NCBI GenBank assembly: GCA_001661245.1
Contig: KV454012.1
Span: 1,471,741-1,535,740, forward strand
Direction of reading: 5' to 3'
From: Pachysolen tannophilus NRRL Y-2460
Lineage: Eukaryota
Length of the DNA: 64,000 nucleotides
Shown in pieces: positions 57,362 through 64,000 of the stretch. The translations under genes were made by a program, and so were the position numbers. The notes beneath the pieces were generated by a model. That model saw only the letters and a program-made list of their open reading frames with translations. It was not told the origin of the DNA and searched no databases. Every line of letters starts with the position of its first letter. Position 1 is the stretch's first letter.

Positions 57362-60300
57362 TTATTGAAGTCTCCAGCCCATTTTTTTGGAATAGTCTTC
57401 AATTTCTTGCTGATTTAGCATATCTTGAACTCCCCATTGAGCAGAAGAAGACCTTGCTCTAAATTTTGATAGTCTTGAATTTTTGAAAATTTCTTCCATG
57501 TTTAAAGGAGCAACTGGACCAAATATACTATCCGGATTAATATTTTGCTGATTTAAAAGCAGTTGTTTCAAACCTGGTGAATTAGCCCAACTTTTTAATA
57601 CGGTTCCCTCTTCATCATCTTCTGATTCAGAATATATCTCAGGCAACAGTATAGGTGATTTTGAAGGAGTAGTCGAACTAGCGATGACTCGACGAGATGC
57701 TGGGGTAGTTGAGGTTATGTTCATAGGTTTAGAAACTATATCGTTATTAAACTTGATTTTTTCAGAAGAAAATTTGATGGCGTCAACTTGTGGAATACTT
57801 GATGTTTGGTTCAATCTGGCATGTTGTAACATTGCAGTTTTCATTAAAGTTTGCGGCTGTTGTATATTTTTCTGCTGATATGAAGCGCCCACAGCAGTCT
57901 GTTCTTTTCTAGCCCCAGACACCCTGGTAGCCTTTTGCCCTAGTCCTTTGCCTTCTTCTGTTTTTAAACGTTTGACTGATGATTCATGCAGAGAGTTATT
58001 CTCTGCAGTAGTAAGTTGCAGATCATGGTGATGATAATCTATGACTTGCTGTTTTCGTTTGAGCGAGTTGTTTATTGATGACTGACGATTGGCATGTTCC
58101 GATGATTTCATCGATTTTTCTCTCAGTCGATTTAAAGGCTGCTTCAATTGTTCATCAATTGAAATCATTTTGTGAGGATTTGACAACCTTTGTCTTCTTA
58201 ATTCTTCAAGTCTTTGTCTTTCTTCTGCCATTTTTTTATTGATTCTATAATGTGGAGCTATAGATGTTGTAGTACTAGTTTTTGATGCATGCTTGTTTAA
58301 TGATGAAGAAGTTAATGATTCTTTAGCTTTAAATTTGTTTTTACTCAAGTCCATTCCAGAAGAAGATTTCCTTAAAGGCAATACAAGCTTTGACGGTACA
58401 TCATTCTCTGTTAAATGCACTACATTTGCTTTCTTGACAGAGTCTAATTCCATATTTGGTGACTTTGAACTAGTGGTTCTTCTCAGAGATGTTGATGCTG
58501 TCGATAACGTTGATGAAACAGTGAAAACAGGTTGTTTTGGAATCGGTCTCAAATTTGTATTCAAAGGGTTCAATGTGACAGCAGTCCTTGATTCTGTGTA
58601 TTTTTTAGTTAATGGACTTTCTTCTTGAAAGTTATCATTACGAGAACTCTGGTGACGAACCGTGGATTTTTTCACATTTCTTGCAGCACTAGACTCGGTA
58701 TCAGCAGTCAACCTAGTTAATAGATTACCTCTTGAAGTACTTCTTTGAATTGAGTTAGCAGTAGGTGGTCTCAAGATTGGCTTGGGAGGAACTTGATCAG
58801 ACTTATTTGAGCTTTCCTTTATATCAACTTTTTGTTTCTTTGGGGAATATATCAAGTTCTTGGCACGCTTAATAGCATTTGCAAATATGCTATTTAAAGC
58901 TCCACTTTTTGCTGGTGATATGCTGTTCTGCAATTCGATCTTACTAGAATCTGATTGAGGCTTACTTGAAAAAGAATCTATAGGACTCTTTGATGGTGAT
59001 TTCGCTACCCAGTCGTTATCTGAATTCTGCCTCAGAACTCTGAAAGGAGATGATTCATCTTTATGCTCTTTTGAAATTGTGTTTGAAAGTGATTTCAAAG
59101 TTGTCGTATTTTTATGTAATTGTGGATATAATGATTTTGGTTTAAGTGATTGTGGTGATATTTTAGGTGAATCAGATTTAGCAGCTACTAATTTGGGAGC
59201 CAATTCTATTTTAGCACTGGTATCTAATTTTACCAATTTTTCAATTTCTCGAGTTCTAGAAGTGTTAGAAGAACTTTTTGTACTTGACTTAACTGTCAAA
59301 GGTTCTTTTGATGGTAAAGATGCAAAACCAGAAAATTTTTCGGTAATAGGAGTAATCGAAGGTAATTTTTTTGAGCCATTTCCTTCAATATCTAAATTTT
59401 TATCTTCTTTGTTATATAAATCTGCTGAATTGGTTTTAGGATAATTTGTAATAACTGAAGGACCACTTTCTGGTTCATGGACAACTGTAAACGAATCTGT
59501 ATTGGAATTCCCATTAGTCTGTTTAAATTTTATTGTCTTGGTGATGGCTTGGAAAGATTCATCCATGGAAGTATCATACACCGGATGATTTGCATGGTCA
59601 TTATCATTATTATTATTACAGTCATTGTCATTGTTATCGTTGTGGTTGTAGTTATTTTCCAGTTCTGGCGCTGTGATATTTTTATGATTTTCCTTTGGAG
59701 GAATATAGGAGATGGGTTCAAAATTTTCTGCTTTACGCAATAGAACTGAATCATCCGATGGTGAGTGTCCATTTTGAAAATTGAGTTGAATTGTGGGTTG
59801 ATTTTGCTTGATATTTTCAAATGATTTTTCAATCTGAATTGATGTATTAATATCAGAAAAAGTTGATCTTCTTTTCCCATTTACAGAAGTTGCAGTAGAT
59901 AATTCCTTGGTAATACGAGGATTTGGACTTTGATTTTTCTGTTTCCTTATATTTTCATCTCTAGTAGTTTCTTTTGGAGGTGAAATAGAAATTTCTTTAT
60001 TTAGAGGGGCCAATTTTGGAATGAGTAAATCATTATTCTCATGTTCAAGAATTTTAGTTGATTTCGGTATTATTTTTTCGACTTGATCAATGATTCTTTG
60101 TCTTTCCAATCTCTTTTTATCATTTGTTAAATCTTGGTCTATATCTTTATCGTCTTTACTTATTGTGAAAATAGGTGTTGGAGGCTTTTCAATATTGATA
60201 TTTATCTTTGTAGGTGATGATTTCATGTTTGTCTTATTGATATTATCTGTAATATCTTTCAATGGCGATTTTGACTCTTTTATAGCTTCATTCCGTATTT

Positions 60301-60571
60301 TTCTAACCGGTGAATCTTTTGTGTTCAATCTTTTGGGAGATTTTAACAATAATAAAACACTCGCAGATTCATCCGAATTGACAACTTCATTCATCTGCTC
60401 ATTTAACCAGGCCAATTCCGCAGAAACAGAAAACGCAAACTGCTTCGAATGATGGGCAACCATCGTGTTGGCAACGTTCATCTCGCTCACCACCCATTTC
60501 GAAGTACCGGGTACCACATTGTTTGGTTTCTTTGATGCTGTTAGTCCCCAGAAATTGGAAGTATTTAACAT
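57362..60571 (-). CDS. SLI15: INCENP, chromosomal passenger complex scaffold
   Basis: 1069 aa, S/TP-rich disordered body; C-terminal IN-box LPEIYSESEDD...WANSP..L..Q...PDSIFG...EIF...RSSSAQW. Confidence 0.9.
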   Translation of the reverse strand: MLNTSNFWGLTASKKPNNVVPGTSKWVVSEMNVANTMVAHHSKQFAFSVSAELAWLNEQMNEVVNSDESASVLLLLKSPKRLNTKDSPVRKIRNEAIKESKSPLKDITDNINKTNMKSSPTKININIEKPPTPIFTISKDDKDIDQDLTNDKKRLERQRIIDQVEKIIPKSTKILEHENNDLLIPKLAPLNKEISISPPKETTRDENIRKQKNQSPNPRITKELSTATSVNGKRRSTFSDINTSIQIEKSFENIKQNQPTIQLNFQNGHSPSDDSVLLRKAENFEPISYIPPKENHKNITAPELENNYNHNDNNDNDCNNNNDNDHANHPVYDTSMDESFQAITKTIKFKQTNGNSNTDSFTVVHEPESGPSVITNYPKTNSADLYNKEDKNLDIEGNGSKKLPSITPITEKFSGFASLPSKEPLTVKSSTKSSSNTSRTREIEKLVKLDTSAKIELAPKLVAAKSDSPKISPQSLKPKSLYPQLHKNTTTLKSLSNTISKEHKDESSPFRVLRQNSDNDWVAKSPSKSPIDSFSSKPQSDSSKIELQNSISPAKSGALNSIFANAIKRAKNLIYSPKKQKVDIKESSNKSDQVPPKPILRPPTANSIQRSTSRGNLLTRLTADTESSAARNVKKSTVRHQSSRNDNFQEESPLTKKYTESRTAVTLNPLNTNLRPIPKQPVFTVSSTLSTASTSLRRTTSSKSPNMELDSVKKANVVHLTENDVPSKLVLPLRKSSSGMDLSKNKFKAKESLTSSSLNKHASKTSTTTSIAPHYRINKKMAEERQRLEELRRQRLSNPHKMISIDEQLKQPLNRLREKSMKSSEHANRQSSINNSLKRKQQVIDYHHHDLQLTTAENNSLHESSVKRLKTEEGKGLGQKATRVSGARKEQTAVGASYQQKNIQQPQTLMKTAMLQHARLNQTSSIPQVDAIKFSSEKIKFNNDIVSKPMNITSTTPASRRVIASSTTPSKSPILLPEIYSESEDDEEGTVLKSWANSPGLKQLLLNQQNINPDSIFGPVAPLNMEEIFKNSRLSKFRARSSSAQWGVQDMLNQQEIEDYSKKMGWRLQ

Positions 60572-61121
60572 TCCCCTTGATTTATTATAATAAATGTGAT
60601 TTCCTACTTGAATTCTATCGGCGGTTAACTCTTATCCTAACAAGCACATAAATAGATTAAATATATATATATTTATACATATATATATATATATATATCA
60701 ACAGCGGTAAACTTGACATCATTTTGGCGGCACCTCTTCTTCTTTTGTTTACAAAATCTTGTTTGTTTACTAATTTCCGATTGGGGAATATTTGTTAGTA
60801 GGAACACTACTTTAGTAGTTCTTCTTCCTTTTTTTTTGTTTCCTTTTTTGGAATTTTGTGGTATTTGACGAACGACTTTAATTGTGTAAAGTGGTGTGTG
60901 TGGTGCAAATGGTGTAAGGTGTCTGTAGCTGGTGAAAAAACAAAAAAACACCAACAGAAAAAAGCGACCCCCAAAGAGGAATCTCTCTAAAAAGATGTAT
61001 ATGTATTATGTATATGTATATATGGAAGAATTCATAGGTCTGAGAAAGACAAGGAAGCTAGTTCTAGGGAAAGTGGAAAGTAAAGGTGTGATTTGAGAAG
61101 ATATAGGAAAGGATATAAGAG

Positions 61122-64000
61122 ATGGATTCTGTGAATCTGGTTGTTGTTTACAAGTCTTTGAGGAATAACCTTGTAAATTTACCTTCATCGTTAGTGTCCA
61201 TGATATTTGGAGCAGATATCAATGTTCAAGATGTTATTTGTGAGTTTGTTTGGGAAGGCAAAAGGAATTCGTTTAATTATGGTTATTGTGGCTGGTCTGG
61301 GTATACTTCGAGAGTTTCAGCTCTGATGACAAATGTTAATAAGGAGTATGTGGAGATTGACCCAATTTTTGCATCATCATTAGGATTACAAGACTCTAGT
61401 GAGATTACACTCAATCTTAAATTCAATAACTATAGTGTTGCTTCTACAGTTGAGCTTGAGCCTGTTTCTTCGTTTGATTGGGAATTGGTTGAATTAAACG
61501 CTGGAGTGTTGGAAAATAATTTATTATTTCAAACGAGGTGTATCTTTGAAAATCAATCTATTATAGTTTATCCAAGTTCTACAACAAGTGCAAAATTAAA
61601 AGTTTTAAATTTTAACCCAAAGACTATGGGATCACAGGGAAACTACAAAAAATCACCAGCTTATGCAAAGATTGGAGATAATACAGAATTTCATATAAAA
61701 CCAAAAATTAATAAGAAAAATGAAGAGGATAAAAAAAAATCAACAAGGAAAAGTAATGGTAGCATCAAGTCTAAACTGTCGCAACATGAAATTGTGCCGA
61801 ATGTATTGTTTAGAGGTATTTCAATGCCTCATGAACTTTTCAATATAAATGATCCCTTGCACACTGAAAATAAATTTGAAGTTTATGTGAATTTTGATGA
61901 ATGTATCAGTAAACTACAATGTGCCAAATATGTGTATGTTTCGGTGATACCTGGACCAGGGATTAGTCCTAAAACTGGATGGTTGAAAAACTCCAACTCA
62001 AATGATACTGGTGACATTAACACCAGCAGCAGTGGCAACAACGCCAGCAACAACAACAGCACCAATCATAATGCCGAACTCCCAGTAAAAGAGTCTTCTA
62101 AAGTAGTTGCCAAATTGGTACACTATCTGAATGCTCCTGATTGTCATGTGGGTTTATCAAAAATTTTATCCATTTCATTAGGTCTAGAAGGTTCAATTGG
62201 TAATCTTATAAAACTTGAATCTGCCACATCTCCTTTAATATCGAAACCAAAAGAATTAATTATTCACCCATATATAACAAAAACAGAACCTTCAGTGAAA
62301 TTACAAGGAATCGATATTCAAAAGGCTGGTGCACTTGATAAGAAAAAGGATTTAAAAATTCAACAACAGAAATTAAATGAAAAATTAAACGAAATTTTAA
62401 AAGATTCAAAAATAATTGATTCTAATTGTTTAACAAATTATTGTAAATTACCAATCTTAGATGATTTTGTGTTACCTTTTGGAGGAATCTTAGAATTTAA
62501 GAAGATTCGAGATGGTTGGTGCGAACCTTTAAATCTAAAAGAAGTCAAAATTGAGATCGGTGAAAACATTTTGAAAGCAGAGTCTTTAATTCCTGGAAAG
62601 TTAATATATAACCAGTCTCTGGACAAAGATTTGTTAAAAGAATATGAAGTGGTTGGTCAAGATAAGTTGATAAATTCAATTGTCAGGATATTGAAACGTG
62701 GAAATATTGGCGCATCAATATACGGGAACTCTGGCAGTGGTAAAACAGTGATAGCAAACACTGTTTCTGAAAACATGGCGAAATTGGGGTTTTATGTTAA
62801 GAGTATAAACTGCGAATCATTGGCCACTTTGAATCCAACTAATTTGTTAAAAGCATTTGAAGATGTTATAAAAGAAATTAGTTGGTCTTCACCATCTTTG
62901 TTGATATTAGAAAATTGTGATTCGATCATGCCACAAGAATTGGAACATTCTGATAATTCACAAACAAAACAATTATCAGAGTTTTTAAATACTCAATTTT
63001 TGGACAAAGTTATGAAAAGGCGGAAAGTCAGTTTATTGTTAACATCAAAATCGAAAAATAGTATAAATTCGTTACTTCTTTCCTCACATTTGATTGAAGA
63101 AGATTTCAACTTGAAATCTCCAGATCAAGAATTGAGAAAAAAAATTTTGGAATATTATTTAATTAAATTAGATTTGAAGGTTGCTCATAAAGAAATGATT
63201 AATGATGTTTCAGTTGACACCGAGGGTTATTTACCTGGAGATTTGAAAATTTTTATTGATAGAGCTTATCATGATTTAATTTCTGAAATTATTGAAACAG
63301 AACAAGATCAACAACATGAACAGGAGAAGTTGCCTTTAAAAATTAAAAAATCAAATTTTTCAAAAGCTTTAGAAGGTTTTACTCCTTCATCCTTACGTGG
63401 TGCCAAATTACTGAAATCTACGGTAAACTGGAATGAAATTGGTGGTTTAAGAAAAGCAAAACAATTACTTTCAGAAACATTAGAATGGCCAACAAAGTAT
63501 GCTCCTATATTTGCTAATTGTCCCTTAAGATTGAGATCTGGTATTTTGTTATATGGATATCCAGGTTGTGGTAAAACGTTATTGGCTTCTGCTATTTCTT
63601 CACAATGTGGGCTAAATTTCATTTCCATCAAGGGTCCAGAAATATTGAACAAATACATTGGTGCTTCTGAACAATCTGTCAGAGAATTATTTGAAAGGGC
63701 ATCGCTGGCTAAACCTTGTATATTATTTTTTGATGAATTTGACTCTATTGCTCCCAAGAGAGGCCATGATTCTACTGGAGTAACTGATAGAGTTGTTAAT
63801 CAAATGCTTACCCAAATGGATGGTGCAGAAGGTTTAGACGGGGTGTACGTCTTGGCAGCAACAAGTAGACCAGATCTCATTGATAGTGCATTGTTGAGAC
63901 CTGGTAGATTGGATAAAAGTGTCTTGTGTGGATTACCTGACTTGGAGGATAGATTAGATATTTTAAGTTGTATCACTTCAAAGATGGTTATAGATAAGAG
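61122..64000 (+). CDS. PEX1: Peroxisomal AAA+ ATPase, 3'-truncated by window
   Basis: ATG 61122 (MDSVN...LRNNLVNLPSSLV); Walker A GNSGSGKT and GYPGCGKT; ETLEWPTKY, FFDEFDSIAPKRGHDSTGVTDRVVNQ and LLRPGRLDK motifs. Missing from the ORF track because no stop falls inside the window. Confidence 0.96.
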   Translation, partial: MDSVNLVVVYKSLRNNLVNLPSSLVSMIFGADINVQDVICEFVWEGKRNSFNYGYCGWSGYTSRVSALMTNVNKEYVEIDPIFASSLGLQDSSEITLNLKFNNYSVASTVELEPVSSFDWELVELNAGVLENNLLFQTRCIFENQSIIVYPSSTTSAKLKVLNFNPKTMGSQGNYKKSPAYAKIGDNTEFHIKPKINKKNEEDKKKSTRKSNGSIKSKLSQHEIVPNVLFRGISMPHELFNINDPLHTENKFEVYVNFDECISKLQCAKYVYVSVIPGPGISPKTGWLKNSNSNDTGDINTSSSGNNASNNNSTNHNAELPVKESSKVVAKLVHYLNAPDCHVGLSKILSISLGLEGSIGNLIKLESATSPLISKPKELIIHPYITKTEPSVKLQGIDIQKAGALDKKKDLKIQQQKLNEKLNEILKDSKIIDSNCLTNYCKLPILDDFVLPFGGILEFKKIRDGWCEPLNLKEVKIEIGENILKAESLIPGKLIYNQSLDKDLLKEYEVVGQDKLINSIVRILKRGNIGASIYGNSGSGKTVIANTVSENMAKLGFYVKSINCESLATLNPTNLLKAFEDVIKEISWSSPSLLILENCDSIMPQELEHSDNSQTKQLSEFLNTQFLDKVMKRRKVSLLLTSKSKNSINSLLLSSHLIEEDFNLKSPDQELRKKILEYYLIKLDLKVAHKEMINDVSVDTEGYLPGDLKIFIDRAYHDLISEIIETEQDQQHEQEKLPLKIKKSNFSKALEGFTPSSLRGAKLLKSTVNWNEIGGLRKAKQLLSETLEWPTKYAPIFANCPLRLRSGILLYGYPGCGKTLLASAISSQCGLNFISIKGPEILNKYIGASEQSVRELFERASLAKPCILFFDEFDSIAPKRGHDSTGVTDRVVNQMLTQMDGAEGLDGVYVLAATSRPDLIDSALLRPGRLDKSVLCGLPDLEDRLDILSCITSKMVIDK

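Noticed and set aside
61006..63757. Minus-strand ORFs near the window end
   Set aside because: Antisense shadows of PEX1, which the ORF track omitted for lack of a stop codon.
1..64000. Transposons, LTRs, CRISPR arrays, rDNA
   Set aside because: No gag/pol/transposase motifs, long terminal repeats, repeat-spacer arrays or rRNA sequence were recognised.

Overview
AT-rich budding-yeast (Saccharomycotina) nuclear DNA with about 30 protein genes and one tRNA-Ile(AAT). No transposon, rDNA or CRISPR is visible. In conserved proteins (Ure2, Rad27/FEN1, Ecm14, Pex1, the Pdr/Cdr transporter), CTG codons repeatedly fall where homologues have Ala. This points to the CUG-Ala genetic code known from Pachysolen and relatives, so the supplied ORF translations are probably wrong at every CTG. 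Five genes (GIM3, VMA3, a SUR7-family gene, TIF35, URB2) need spliceosomal introns the ORF track misses, including a 13-nt VMA3 micro-exon. PEX1 runs off the right end. Points to follow up: NUP85 is split at an A10 run containing A_AAA_AAC; BNA7 has no in-frame ATG; the NPL3-BNA7 interval carries splice signals on both strands; an MCB-preceded orphan resembles a small Cdc13/Pot1-type OB-fold protein; one SDR looks bacterial; and an SH3-less Rvs167-like gene has an Mcm1+PRE repeat promoter. All homology calls are from recalled motifs, not database searches.
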